Of a stretch of DNA of 64,000 nucleotides, positions 10,080-19,836 are shown piece after piece. The position numbers and the translations under genes are program-made. The number at the start of each line of letters is the position of its first letter. Position 1 is the first letter of the stretch. Origin of the DNA: an uncultured Bdellovibrionales bacterium (lineage in GTDB: Bacteria; Patescibacteriota; Minisyncoccia; Moranbacterales; UBA1568). The stretch is taken from NCBI GenBank assembly GCA_964436855.1, contig CAYTED010000008.1:4158-68157 (forward strand). Direction: 5' to 3'. The notes beneath the pieces are model-generated. The model was not told where the DNA came from. It searched no databases and saw nothing but the letters and a program-made list of their open reading frames with translations.

Positions 10080-10463
10080 TCATCGGTTTCGCATGTAATT
10101 CTCGATGTATCCGATCAGTGTGTCATTGCTTTCTGACACCGCTTCCCAGCGGAAAACAACGTCGACCAATCTCGGCGCGCGATTAATGATACGCCCCCAA
10201 AACACAGGAGAATCGAAATTAAGAAACAACAATGAGCCCGACCACCCCTCGCCCGTCTTCCATTCCCCGCAAACAATGAGGCCTCGGTTCTCCTCCACCG
10301 GCAATTCAAGAATGGACCGGAGTAGTGGCTGAAGACTCTTACGCCGCTCAAGGGATGGCACGGCGATACCACTAAGATTATGCAAACCGAACTCAACTGT
10401 ATGACGTCCGGTCATAAATATTCTCATGGCATCCTCCTTTTGTGGCGAACAAGTACTGTACAA
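10080..10463 (-). CDS. Hypothetical protein
   Basis: ORF only; no recognisable motifs. Confidence 0.25.
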   Translation of the reverse strand: MYSTCSPQKEDAMRIFMTGRHTVEFGLHNLSGIAVPSLERRKSLQPLLRSILELPVEENRGLIVCGEWKTGEGWSGSLLFLNFDSPVFWGRIINRAPRLVDVVFRWEAVSESNDTLIGYIENYMRNR

Positions 10464-10516
10464 CCCTTATTCTTGGCGCATATCTAAAGAACAGTCAAGT
10501 ACCAGCCTACCCCTCC

Positions 10517-10545
10517 TTGACTTTCTCTTGCTTTTTTTCTATAAT
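10517..10545 (+). promoter_or_regulatory. Sigma70-type promoter of the Rrf2-suf operon
   Basis: TTGACT (10517-10522), a 17-nt spacer, then TATAAT (10540-10545), about 50 nt upstream of the Rrf2 start. Confidence 0.6.
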
Positions 10546-10547
10546 TT

Positions 10548-10562
10548 GGACTAAAGAAGTCC
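10548..10562 (+). promoter_or_regulatory. Putative Rrf2/IscR-type operator palindrome (GGACT-N5-AGTCC)
   Basis: Perfect 5-bp inverted repeat GGACTaaagaAGTCC immediately downstream of the -10. Resembles the GACT-N5-AGTC core of IscR type-1 sites and is positioned for autorepression. Confidence 0.4.
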
Positions 10563-10594
10563 TATTTTAAGAATTGCTTAAAAAAGGGAAAATT

Positions 10595-11008
10595 ATGAGA
10601 ATTTCGAAAAAAACGTACTATGGATTGCGAGCGATCGCGCTTCTTGCGGAGTATGGCGGCGAGCTTTCGGTTCGAGAAATATCGAAGTCAGAGGAAATGC
10701 CGGAGGATTTCCTCCACAAAATTCTGCAAAACTTGAAAAAGGCCGGACTCGTTACCGCCGAAAAAGGTGTCGATGGCGGCTATACGCTCGCACGCAAATC
10801 GCGCTGCATTACCGTCTGGGACATTGTCTCCACGCTTGATGGCGATCTTCGCTCCTTTGAACCGCCGAAACTCACCCAAGCTTCCCCCTACCCCAAACTC
10901 ACACACTGCCAAACAAACCTCGCGTGGAGAAAACTCAATGAAACCATAAAAAAAACTTTTTCAAAAATAAGCATTGCCGACCTCATTACCCCATCTCTTA
11001 AAAAATAA
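10595..11008 (+). CDS. Rrf2-family (IscR/NsrR-like) transcriptional regulator
   Basis: MRISKKTYYGLRAIALLAEY...SVREISKSEEMPEDFLHKILQNLKKAGLV...GGYTLAR; wHTH of Rrf2 family; heads the suf operon. Confidence 0.75.
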   Translation: MRISKKTYYGLRAIALLAEYGGELSVREISKSEEMPEDFLHKILQNLKKAGLVTAEKGVDGGYTLARKSRCITVWDIVSTLDGDLRSFEPPKLTQASPYPKLTHCQTNLAWRKLNETIKKTFSKISIADLITPSLKK

Positions 11009-11031
11009 GACGCTCTCATCTCTCATTCAAA

Positions 11032-11754
11032 ATGCTCTCCCCTATGATTACACTTGAACACCTTACCGTTACCGCTGACAAAAAAACCATCCTGAAGGAT
11101 GTGTCGTTTTCATTTGAAGCTGGAAAAACCTACGCCCTGTTCGGGCCGAACGGTGCCGGAAAATCCACCCTCGCCTCGGTTATCGCCGGGCACCCGCACT
11201 ATGTATTGAAACGCGGCTCCCGCATTCTCTTCAACGAAAAACGCATCGATCGTCTCGCGCCCGAAGAACGCTCTCGTCTCGGGATATTTCTTTCGTTCCA
11301 AAACCCGCTTCCACTTCCGGGCGTATCCGCATCCAATCTCTTCCGCATTGCCTTCGAGCAGGAAGCTGCGCCGCTCCTCGTGCACCAACGCGCACTCGAT
11401 TATGCATTCGAACTCGGACTCACCGGACAACACCTCTCCCGATCGATGAATGATGGATTTTCCGGTGGTGAAAAAAAGAAACTCGAAGCGCTTCAAATCG
11501 CGATGTTCAAACCGAAATTTCTCATTCTCGACGAAATCGACAGTGGTGCCGACGTGGATGCCGTGAAAAAAATCGGCAAACTGATCGCACGATCCAAATC
11601 ATCCGAAACAACCACTATCATTATTACTCACTCTGAAAAACTCCTCTCGATTCTCAAGCCGGACCAAGTACTCGTTATGAAGGATGGCTCGATCGAAAAA
11701 GTAGGCGGTCCGGAAATGGTAAAAGAAGTGTTCCGTGAAGGATTTGAAGGATAA
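11032..11754 (+). CDS. sufC: Fe-S cluster assembly ATPase SufC
   Basis: Walker A GPNGAGKST, ABC signature SGGEKKK, LILDEIDSGADVD. Confidence 0.85.
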   Translation: MLSPMITLEHLTVTADKKTILKDVSFSFEAGKTYALFGPNGAGKSTLASVIAGHPHYVLKRGSRILFNEKRIDRLAPEERSRLGIFLSFQNPLPLPGVSASNLFRIAFEQEAAPLLVHQRALDYAFELGLTGQHLSRSMNDGFSGGEKKKLEALQIAMFKPKFLILDEIDSGADVDAVKKIGKLIARSKSSETTTIIITHSEKLLSILKPDQVLVMKDGSIEKVGGPEMVKEVFREGFEG

Positions 11755-11941
11755 AATGATTTATGATTGATGATTTTTGATTTTAGAATAAACCTCATTT
11801 GATTCAGCCCGTGACAACCCATCAACATGAGGAATCACAATCATCCACTACAAATTCAAATCCCCTCCATATAAGTCCGATTCATAAATCATAAATCTAA
11901 AATCATACATCAATTACTCAGAAAATGCTCTCACTAAAATC

Positions 11942-13348
11942 ATGAAACAATCCCCTCTAAAAAAATCGCTTGATTTCGACTATCGCTACGGCTTTGCTAT
12001 GCCGGAACGATCGGTCAAGAAGACAAAACGCGGCCTCACAAAAAAAACGGTCACGGATATTTCCCTTGCAAAAAATGAGTCTCAATGGATGCGTGATTTT
12101 CGATTACGTTCTTTTGAAGTCTTCAAGAAGAAGTCCCTCCCTGCGTGGGGTCCTGATCTCTCCGTGATTGATTTTGATACGATTACGTACTATCTGAAGG
12201 CTACTGAAAAACAAATGACGTCCTGGGAAGATCTCCCCGAAGAAATCAAGGAGACCTATGATCGAATCGGCGTTCCGCAAGCAGAGCGAGACTTTCTCGC
12301 GGGCGTATCGGCGCAATACGAAAGCGAAGTCGTTTACGAAAGCGTACGGAAAGATCTCGAGAAAAAAGGAGTCATTTTCTGCGATATGGACACCGCTCTC
12401 CGAAAATATCCGGAACTCGTCCGTGAATATTTCGGCACGCTCATCCCGCCCCAAGACAATGCTTTCGCCGCACTCAATTCCGCCGTCTGGTCGGGAGGCT
12501 CATTTATCTATGTTCCAAAAAACGTGAAGATCGATCTCCCGCTGCAAGCATACTTCCGTATCAATGCCGAACGCTTCGGACAATTCGAACGAACGCTCAT
12601 CATCGCCGACGAAGGAAGTTTTGTTCACTACACAGAAGGCTGCACCGCGCCGATCTACACCACCGCATCGCTCCATGCGGCTGTTGTAGAAATCTTCGTC
12701 AAGAAAAACGCACGCGTCCGATATACAACCGTCCAGAATTGGAGTAAAAATATCTACAACCTCGTGACCAAGCGTGCACGTGCTGAAGAAGGTGCTCTCA
12801 TGGAATGGGTTGATTGCAATATCGGCTCCGGTATCACTATGAAATATCCAGCGGTCTATCTCGCAGGCAAGGGCGCTCGCGGAGAAGTACTCTCTATCGC
12901 TCTCGCCGGGGACAAGCAAGTGCAGGATACGGGCGCTAAAATGATGCACCTCGCAAGCGATACCTCTTCTCGTGTCATTTCAAAATCAATTTCCAAAGGA
13001 GGCGGACAAAGCTCCTATCGCGGAATCGTCCACGTCGCTTCCGGGGCGAAAAATGTCCGATCGTCTGTCGTCTGTGATGCACTCCTTCTCGATAACAGCT
13101 CACGATCCGATACCTACCCCACTATGCGCGTTCAGGAAAAAAGCGCGGTCGTCGAACATGAGGCATCGGTCGAACGAATCGATACCGACAAGATGTTCTA
13201 CCTCCGATCTCGCGGACTCTCTGAAAATGATGCGAAGTCGCTCATCGTAAACGGCTTCATCGAACCGGTCACGAAAGAAATTCCCTTTGAATACACGATT
13301 GAATTGAACAGACTGATCAATATGGAAATGGAAGGAAGTGTGGGGTAA
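11942..13348 (+). CDS. sufB: Fe-S cluster assembly scaffold SufB
   Basis: 468 aa with characteristic SufB beta-helix region ([43 protein letters not shown]). Confidence 0.9.
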   Translation: MKQSPLKKSLDFDYRYGFAMPERSVKKTKRGLTKKTVTDISLAKNESQWMRDFRLRSFEVFKKKSLPAWGPDLSVIDFDTITYYLKATEKQMTSWEDLPEEIKETYDRIGVPQAERDFLAGVSAQYESEVVYESVRKDLEKKGVIFCDMDTALRKYPELVREYFGTLIPPQDNAFAALNSAVWSGGSFIYVPKNVKIDLPLQAYFRINAERFGQFERTLIIADEGSFVHYTEGCTAPIYTTASLHAAVVEIFVKKNARVRYTTVQNWSKNIYNLVTKRARAEEGALMEWVDCNIGSGITMKYPAVYLAGKGARGEVLSIALAGDKQVQDTGAKMMHLASDTSSRVISKSISKGGGQSSYRGIVHVASGAKNVRSSVVCDALLLDNSSRSDTYPTMRVQEKSAVVEHEASVERIDTDKMFYLRSRGLSENDAKSLIVNGFIEPVTKEIPFEYTIELNRLINMEMEGSVG

Positions 13349-13458
13349 GGTTAATTTCAAATTTTAAATTATAAATTTCAAAATAAATTACAATGTTTTA
13401 AATTTTTAAAATTCGATATTATTTTAGAATTTGAAATTTATATTTTGAAATTATATCT

Positions 13459-14010
13459 ATGATTTTTACAGACATCACAACCGACAAAAAGACTCGCTAC
13501 ATTCTCAAGACTCACGAGAAGAGAATTTTCTTTTTTCTAAACCGATCAGGAGAGATTACATTCAACCTCACTGCACCAGGCGCCGAAGCTCACATCTACG
13601 CCCTCTATACCGGACAAAACAATGATTCGCACCAACTCACCATCAAGCAACACCACATCGCACCGGATACAAAATCAAGTGCGCTCGTAAAATCCGTACT
13701 TGACGATGACTCCTCCTTCTCTTATCACGGAACCATTCGTATCGAAGAAAAAGCCGCGCGATCGGAAGCGACACAAGAAAACCGAAATCTTCTCCTCTCA
13801 AAAACCGCCGCCGCTATCACGCTGCCGGTCCTCGAAATCCTCAATCCAGAAGTTGTCTGCCGTCATGCCGCAACCGTCAGCGCCCCAAAAGAAGATCAGA
13901 TATTCACTCTTGGGAGCCGAGGCATCGCAAGGGAAGCCGCTATTCATCTCCTTGCCGAAGGATTCAAACAAGAAGTCCTCGATCATAATCCGCATCATCA
14001 AACGATATGA
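13459..14010 (+). CDS. sufD: Minimal SufD-like protein (beta-helix C-terminal half only)
   Basis: RSEATQENRNLLLSKTAAAITLPVLEI...VCRHAATVSAP...FTLGSRGI matches the SufB/SufD conserved C-terminal region. Only 183 aa versus about 400 for canonical SufD. Confidence 0.5.
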   Translation: MIFTDITTDKKTRYILKTHEKRIFFFLNRSGEITFNLTAPGAEAHIYALYTGQNNDSHQLTIKQHHIAPDTKSSALVKSVLDDDSSFSYHGTIRIEEKAARSEATQENRNLLLSKTAAAITLPVLEILNPEVVCRHAATVSAPKEDQIFTLGSRGIAREAAIHLLAEGFKQEVLDHNPHHQTI

Positions 14011-15263
14011 AATCATCGTTCCCTATTTTCAAACATGAGACAAATCTTGTGTACCTCGATTCGGCAGCGACAAGTCTCAAGCCGGAAACGGTGATCGCAA
14101 CCGAACGAGCATACGAGGAATCATACAGTGCCAATATCGCGCGCGGACTCTACCCTCTCGCCGACCGTGCCACGAGCGCTTTTGAGGATGCTCGCACGAA
14201 AGTCGCTCGATTTATCGGAGCTACTCCAGAGGAGATTATCTTCACATCCGGAACGACAGATGGGATCAATCTCGCGGCACAGATACTCTCCAGCGTCATC
14301 CCGAGCAAGGTCGAGGGATCTAAGATTCCTCCACTCGAAGACTCGGTCGGAATGACAAAAGCCAATATCGTCATCACCGAGCTTGAGCACCATTCGAACT
14401 TTCTTCCCTGGAAGGAACTCGCGCGATTAAAAAATATCGAACTTCGTATTGCACCGTTTACCACTGAAGGGCTTATCGATATTTATGCTCTTAGTTCACT
14501 CGTCGATGAACAAACGGTTGTCATTGCTTTCTCTGTTGTTTCCAATGTCTTTGGAGGCATCAATCCTGCCCACGATATTATCCGTCTTGCGAAAGAAAAA
14601 AATCCAAATGTCATCACGCTCGTCGACGCCGCGCAAGCGGTCGGCCATATCAACGTCAATGTACAAGAATGGGGCGCTGATTTCATGGCGTTTTCCGGAC
14701 ACAAAATGTATGGACCGACCGGTATCGGTGTGCTGTATGGAAAAAAAGAAATGCTCGAAACGCTCGCGCCAGTTACATTCGGTGGTGGCATGGTAACAGA
14801 TTCCTGTGCGCCAATCCCCGAGTATCGAGAAATCCCCTATCGCTTCGAAGCAGGCACACCGAATATCTCCGGTGCCATCGGGCTCGGTGCGGCGATCGAC
14901 TTCATCGAAAAAATCGGGATCGAACATATCCGTACTCACGATACAACAATCGCCAAATACGCCACCGAAAAACTCCTAGAAGCATTCACAGATACCATTC
15001 GCATTATTGGGCCGAATGATCCGGAGCGCCGATCCGCACTTCTTTCTTTTACGCTCAAGGGAATACACCCACATGATCTCGCAGCACTCCTCGGAGAGCG
15101 AAATATCTGTATTCGCGCTGGAGAACACTGTGCCGCCCCGCTCCACCGAGCCCTCGATCTTCCGGCTACCGCACGAATCAGTTTCGGGATATACACAACA
15201 AAAGAGGATATCGATAGACTGATTACCGAAATGAGTTCTGCAATAAAAATTTTAAATTTTTAA
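14007..15263 (+). CDS. sufS: Cysteine desulfurase SufS (class V aminotransferase)
   Basis: PLP-lysine motif SGHKMYGPTGIGVLYGK, active-site RAGEHCAAPL. Start overlaps the sufD stop by 4 nt. Confidence 0.9.
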   Translation: MKSSFPIFKHETNLVYLDSAATSLKPETVIATERAYEESYSANIARGLYPLADRATSAFEDARTKVARFIGATPEEIIFTSGTTDGINLAAQILSSVIPSKVEGSKIPPLEDSVGMTKANIVITELEHHSNFLPWKELARLKNIELRIAPFTTEGLIDIYALSSLVDEQTVVIAFSVVSNVFGGINPAHDIIRLAKEKNPNVITLVDAAQAVGHINVNVQEWGADFMAFSGHKMYGPTGIGVLYGKKEMLETLAPVTFGGGMVTDSCAPIPEYREIPYRFEAGTPNISGAIGLGAAIDFIEKIGIEHIRTHDTTIAKYATEKLLEAFTDTIRIIGPNDPERRSALLSFTLKGIHPHDLAALLGERNICIRAGEHCAAPLHRALDLPATARISFGIYTTKEDIDRLITEMSSAIKILNF

Positions 15264-15382
15264 TTCTGAATCTCCCTGCCTGTCGGCAGACAGGGGCTCA
15301 AATCCGAATTCTTCAATTTTCGAAATTTTAAACATTCGTTTTTCAAAATTCATTCGAAATTCGTAATTCGGAATTCAAAATT

Positions 15383-15751
15383 ATGACGAGCATCTACCAA
15401 GAAATTATCCTCAACCACTATCGAAACCCCCGCAATCAGGGCTCTTTAGAGACGCCAACCCATACCGCCTCCGCGAACAATCCGGCCTGCGGAGACAAAC
15501 TCTCCATGCAACTTTCCATAAAAAATGGTATAATCGACGATGTGAAGTTTCAGGGATCAGGTTGCGCTATTTCACAGGCCTCGGCGTCAATTCTTACGGA
15601 CTTTCTCAAGGGAAAATCCGAAAACGAAGCGAAACAGCTGAAACAGGAAGATCTTCTTTCCCTCCTCGGAATAGAACTCTCCATGACTCGCCTCAAATGC
15701 GCACTTCTCTCGCTTGAAACCTTCAAAAAATCATTAACCAGTAAATTGTAA
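15383..15751 (+). CDS. sufU: SufU/IscU-like sulfur acceptor/scaffold
   Basis: NifU N-terminal-like; conserved Cys ligands ACGDK, GSGCAIS, LKCALL. Confidence 0.75.
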   Translation: MTSIYQEIILNHYRNPRNQGSLETPTHTASANNPACGDKLSMQLSIKNGIIDDVKFQGSGCAISQASASILTDFLKGKSENEAKQLKQEDLLSLLGIELSMTRLKCALLSLETFKKSLTSKL

Positions 15752-15754
15752 GTT

Positions 15755-16024
15755 ATGGCTCTCAAAGATGATGCAAAGCCGGCAGGACCAATCACGCTGA
15801 AAAACGGCTGGACGGTAGAAGTGGATCAGAATGTGTGTATTGGAGCGGCTCCTTGTACCGCAGTTGCTATGAAAACATTCGCCTTGGATGCAAACGGAAA
15901 GGCGGAGATTCTTTCCACGGTCGATGAAGAAGATCCGGAAACAATCTTAAATGCCGCGAAAGCATGTCCTGTTGCCGCCATTATCATTAAGAATGCAAAG
16001 GGCGAAAAAGTATTTCCGGAATAA
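15755..16024 (+). CDS. Small ferredoxin
   Basis: CIGAAPC...CP cysteine pattern of mono-cluster 3Fe/4Fe ferredoxins. 89 aa, embedded in the suf operon. Confidence 0.5.
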   Translation: MALKDDAKPAGPITLKNGWTVEVDQNVCIGAAPCTAVAMKTFALDANGKAEILSTVDEEDPETILNAAKACPVAAIIIKNAKGEKVFPE

Positions 16025-16064
16025 CCCTGGAATCTGGAATAAGGAATCAAGAATCTGGAAAAAC

Positions 16065-16097
16065 AAAAAACCTCACTTTTCCGAAAGAGGTTTTTTG
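16065..16097 (+). terminator. Probable intrinsic terminator/attenuator between fdx and sufT
   Basis: AACCTC...GAGGTT stem followed by TTTTTTG. Confidence 0.45.
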
Positions 16098-16150
16098 TTT
16101 ACAATAAAAATCTAGATTCCAAATTCTAAATTCAAGATTCTTGACATAAT

Positions 16151-16474
16151 ATGTCACAGAAATCATCCGAAAATCTTCTAGGATCGATCAAGGACGCACT
16201 CAAAGGAGTGATGGATCCCGAGCTTGGCGTTTCTATCGTTGACCTTGGTCTCGTATATGACATGGTCGTTTCGAAAGATGGTATCTGCCTGATTACCATG
16301 ACACTTACTACCATGGGCTGCCCGCTTTTCCCTGTGATTGAAAAAGATATCGAGAATCGTCTTATGGAAATTCCGGAGGTGAATGAAGTAAAGATAGAGC
16401 TCGTTTTCGATCCGCCGTGGACACCGGAAAAAATGTCCGAAGAGGCAAAGGCTCAACTCGGCTGGAATGAGTAA
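16151..16474 (+). CDS. sufT: DUF59/MIP18-family Fe-S assembly protein (SufT-like)
   Basis: VMDPELGVSIVDLGLVYD...MTLTTMGCP is the DUF59 signature. Confidence 0.7.
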   Translation: MSQKSSENLLGSIKDALKGVMDPELGVSIVDLGLVYDMVVSKDGICLITMTLTTMGCPLFPVIEKDIENRLMEIPEVNEVKIELVFDPPWTPEKMSEEAKAQLGWNE

Positions 16475-16510
16475 AAAAATCTCCCTTTCGGGAGATTTCT
16501 CATAATGTAC

Positions 16511-17371
16511 TTATGCAAATGTTTTTAACAGTTCAGTAAATGTTTCTTCTTCGAATGTATCTTGGTGGAGCGGTCTATCATTCGATCGAACAACGGTTTC
16601 GTACGGCTCTTTATCAGGATTTTTATAGATCACGCCAAGGGGCATTTTATCCGTTTCAAAAGCTTTTTCCATCGCCGCCATTCGATCGGTCGGGTCATAG
16701 GTTTCATCGAGCAGATAGGTATGTTCGGTAAACCATTGATACGTATTTACTTTATTGAAGACAACGCATGGCTGAAAAACATCGAGCAGCACGTATCCTT
16801 TATCCCAGAGAAGCGCCTGTTTGAAAATCTCTTTTGCCTGCTGAATATTTCCTGCATTTGCCCGAGCGACAAATGATGCGTCGAGCGATACCGCGACCGC
16901 AATTGGATTAAACGGGTCCAGAAGAACACCATTGACCTGTACCGGCGTCTGCAAGCCTTTTTCGGATGTCGGTGATGCTTGGCCTTTCGTCAGACCATAA
17001 ATCATATTGTTGTGCACGATATTTACAATACCGGAATTTCGACGAATGGTATGGACGAAATGGTTACCTCCTTCGCCATAAACACAACCGTCTCCGGATT
17101 CCGCAATCACTTTTAACTTTGGATTGGCAAGTTTGATTGCCGTTGCCGCCGGAAGTGACCTCCCATGCAAACCGTTAAACACATTCATACGAACATAGTG
17201 CGGCGTTTTGGCCGCTTGCCCGATACCCGATGTCATAACTATTTCTTCCGGCGAATACCCAAGTTCGGAAAGCGCCATCTTGAGAATAGAGAGAATGGGA
17301 AAATTTCCACACCCCGGACACCATGCAATATCAGTGTCATGCGGCATGTTAAATTTTTGTTGATCGGCCAT
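16511..17371 (-). CDS. korB: 2-oxoacid:ferredoxin oxidoreductase beta subunit (TPP-binding)
   Basis: [41 protein letters not shown] (TPP-binding motif). Confidence 0.85.
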   Translation of the reverse strand: MADQQKFNMPHDTDIAWCPGCGNFPILSILKMALSELGYSPEEIVMTSGIGQAAKTPHYVRMNVFNGLHGRSLPAATAIKLANPKLKVIAESGDGCVYGEGGNHFVHTIRRNSGIVNIVHNNMIYGLTKGQASPTSEKGLQTPVQVNGVLLDPFNPIAVAVSLDASFVARANAGNIQQAKEIFKQALLWDKGYVLLDVFQPCVVFNKVNTYQWFTEHTYLLDETYDPTDRMAAMEKAFETDKMPLGVIYKNPDKEPYETVVRSNDRPLHQDTFEEETFTELLKTFA

Positions 17372-17378
17372 ACGTCAT

Positions 17379-17401
17379 GATTTAAGATTTTTGATTTATG
17401 A
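17379..17401. repeat. Left arm of 23-bp inverted repeat bracketing the four-helix-bundle gene
   Basis: GATTTAAGATTTTTGATTTATGA, 22/23 identical to the reverse complement of 17785-17807; overlaps the stop codon of the enclosed ORF. Confidence 0.7.
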
Positions 17402-17788
17402 TTTTAGAATGTCCTTCGATTTTTTGATCAGACCACTCAAAAGCTTATGTGCGGTATTCGCCTGTTCTGCAATCTCATGAAACACTTCTTTTTGTAGATA
17501 TTCTATGTCTTTCGCAAGCAACAACTGATTCTTTAATTCCGTAAGCGATCCCTGTGCTATATAATAAAAATGAACTTTTTCTTTATATGTCTGCCGACCA
17601 AAACCTTCAGCAATATTGGAAGTTATTGAAATAGCAGCACGCCTCATTTGATCAACCAAAGAATATACCGCTTCCTTTGGAAACTTCTTCGTTATTTTAT
17701 ATATCATGATAACAAGCTTGTGTGACTCACTCCAAGCATTGAGATCAGTAAATGAGCGTATCTTTACGATTTCAGATTTCCCATTCAT
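17396..17788 (-). CDS. Four-helix-bundle protein (TIGR02436; 23S rRNA intervening-sequence protein / Avd family)
   Basis: Signature KFPKEAVYSLVDQMRRAAISITSNIAEGFGRQTYKEKVHFYYIAQGSLTELKNQLLLA. Inserted between korB and korA. Confidence 0.8.
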   Translation of the reverse strand: MNGKSEIVKIRSFTDLNAWSESHKLVIMIYKITKKFPKEAVYSLVDQMRRAAISITSNIAEGFGRQTYKEKVHFYYIAQGSLTELKNQLLLAKDIEYLQKEVFHEIAEQANTAHKLLSGLIKKSKDILKS

Positions 17789-17807
17789 AAATCAAAAATC
17801 CTAAATC
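17785..17807. repeat. Right arm of 23-bp inverted repeat bracketing the four-helix-bundle gene
   Basis: TCATAAATCAAAAATCCTAAATC, the reverse complement of the left arm with one mismatch; overlaps the ATG of the ORF. Confidence 0.7.
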
Positions 17808-17816
17808 TTCAATCAA

Positions 17817-19508
17817 TCATAGCTCCGCTATGATTTCTTCCGCTGAAAACGGTTCCCCGATATATTTCAAAATTCTCTGATCAGTCTTTACTTTTAATTC
17901 CTTCTCCAAGAGATCAGCAAACTGTCCCGTTGCATTGTTCTCAACCGTTACCACTCGTCTCCCGCGCTTGAAGTATTTTTTTGCATCGGGAGCAATTGGA
18001 TATACTTGAGAAAAATGGAGTACTGAACAGTCTTCCCCAAGAAGCTCTTTTGCTTCGAGCAGCACTCCTTTGGTCGAACCAAATGATACGAGAAGTGTTT
18101 TGCAGGATTTTTCATTTCCAAAAAAACTCGGCGGGAGCGCATCTTCCTTCAGTCCTGAGAGTTTCCCGAGTCGCTTGTCCGTCATTTTTTTGCGAAGATC
18201 GAAACTCTCGGTAATATGACCCTCCTCATCATGCTCGTCACTGTCAACCGAAACAATTCCTTCGCCGTACCCGGGAATACCCCGAGGAGAAACACCATTT
18301 TTGTCGGTATGGAGGTCATAACGTTTGTAGTCTTTTTTTGTCTTCACGGTATATGAGTGAATCGGGAGCTGCTTGAGGTCCTTGGGGTCGACAATCGCTA
18401 CCGAGTCGAGCAGGTACTGATCGGTCAGAATGAATACCGGAGACTGATATTTGTCTGCCATTTCAAATGCCTGCTGGGCACACACAAACATCTCCTCCTG
18501 ATCCCCCGGTGTAAAGATTGCCCGAGGAAATTCACCGTGTCCCGCATAGAGCACAAGATTCAAGTCTCCCTGTTCCATTCGTGTCGGAAGTCCCGTCGCC
18601 GGACCCGGACGCATACCGATATGGATCACCGCTGGAGTCTCGAGCATTCCGGAGAGACTCACCCCTTCGCACATGAGCGCAAACCCGCCGCCGGATGTTG
18701 TGACGATCGCGCGCGCGCCGGCATACCATGCTGCGACACACATATTGATCGCCGCGATTTCGTCTTCCGCCTGATCGACGACCATCCCAAACGGACCGCC
18801 ATTTTGTGCGAGAAAGGTGAGTAGTCCCGTCCCCGGAGACATCGGATACGAGGCGATAAAATTACATCCCGCCGCAAGCACACCGAGTCCGAGCGCCTGA
18901 TCGCCGGAGAGCAGGAGCTTTTCGTGCATATCGGTCGCCTTTGGAAGAGAAAGGTGGATACTCTCAGCGTAGGCGAGGTGTCCGCCGAGCGTGTATCCTT
19001 TTTCGGCAGCTTCGATGTTTTTCTCGACGACTTCTTCTCCCTTCCGAAGAAAACGATTTTTCAAAAATGTATGGAATTCCTCTTTTGGTGCCTTGAGAAA
19101 CCCAAGAATCACTCCGACCGCCACCGTTCCGGCGTATAGCGGACTTCCGATTTCATTGGCGATACTACTTATAGGAACATCGATAACATGATGCTTTGAC
19201 TGCACCACCTTGGTATCACCTAAAATAAGGGTCTTTGCACCAATGCGATCCTCCAAGTGAGGAATAACGTCCTTGTCGAGCGCAAATAAAATATCGATCC
19301 GACGCGTGTAAGAACGAGTCCCTCGAGAAGAAAGGCGGATCTCCGTTGAGTTTGAGCCGCCGCGAATCCGCGACATATATTCTTTCGACGCAAACACGCG
19401 ATATCCGTCTTTTTTCAAAACCGAAAGGAGCATTGCCTCCACCGTTTGAATTCCCTGCCCCGCCGCTCCGCCGATCACGATGGAAATATCTTTTGCAAAA
19501 TGCTTCAT
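17817..19508 (-). CDS. korA: 2-oxoacid:ferredoxin oxidoreductase alpha subunit with fused N-terminal gamma-like domain
   Basis: N-terminal IVIGGAAGQGIQTVEAML (gamma-type) followed by the alpha core (GDQALGLGVLAAGCNF, YPMSPGTGLL, AGARAIVTTSGGGFALM). Confidence 0.85.
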   Translation of the reverse strand: MKHFAKDISIVIGGAAGQGIQTVEAMLLSVLKKDGYRVFASKEYMSRIRGGSNSTEIRLSSRGTRSYTRRIDILFALDKDVIPHLEDRIGAKTLILGDTKVVQSKHHVIDVPISSIANEIGSPLYAGTVAVGVILGFLKAPKEEFHTFLKNRFLRKGEEVVEKNIEAAEKGYTLGGHLAYAESIHLSLPKATDMHEKLLLSGDQALGLGVLAAGCNFIASYPMSPGTGLLTFLAQNGGPFGMVVDQAEDEIAAINMCVAAWYAGARAIVTTSGGGFALMCEGVSLSGMLETPAVIHIGMRPGPATGLPTRMEQGDLNLVLYAGHGEFPRAIFTPGDQEEMFVCAQQAFEMADKYQSPVFILTDQYLLDSVAIVDPKDLKQLPIHSYTVKTKKDYKRYDLHTDKNGVSPRGIPGYGEGIVSVDSDEHDEEGHITESFDLRKKMTDKRLGKLSGLKEDALPPSFFGNEKSCKTLLVSFGSTKGVLLEAKELLGEDCSVLHFSQVYPIAPDAKKYFKRGRRVVTVENNATGQFADLLEKELKVKTDQRILKYIGEPFSAEEIIAEL

Positions 19509-19630
19509 GATTTCTCTTTATTTTCGTTTTACATTGAAATTATACCACGAAAATAAGTAGTCTACCGTCTCTCTAAAGGGCAGACTCTCAAATTATGAAT
19601 CTTGAATCCAGATTCTACATTCCAGATTCT

Positions 19631-19831
19631 TTATTCCGCAGACAATTCCTTCTTCACCACTTCGAATTCATTCTCGACTTCCTTGAGGCGAGATTTACTT
19701 TCTTTAATAAGAGCAACGCCTTCTTTTACCTTTTCAAGCGCCTGTTCAACATCGATTTCTTCCTGATGTTCAAACCATTCAGTAATCAACTCTAATTTCT
19801 TCAATGATTCCGACAATGATGCGTTTTTCAT
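19631..19831 (-). CDS. xseB: Exodeoxyribonuclease VII small subunit
   Basis: 66-aa helical protein. LKKLELITEWFEHQEEIDVEQALEKVKEGVALIKESKSRLKEVE fits the XseB pattern. Lies 5 nt downstream of the RT gene. Confidence 0.6.
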   Translation of the reverse strand: MKNASLSESLKKLELITEWFEHQEEIDVEQALEKVKEGVALIKESKSRLKEVENEFEVVKKELSAE

Positions 19832-19836
19832 ATGAT

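Noticed and set aside
16139-16150. TTGACA immediately upstream of the sufT ATG as a promoter -35
   Set aside because: It is too close to the annotated start codon to serve it. It is more likely part of the AT-rich repeat motif family.
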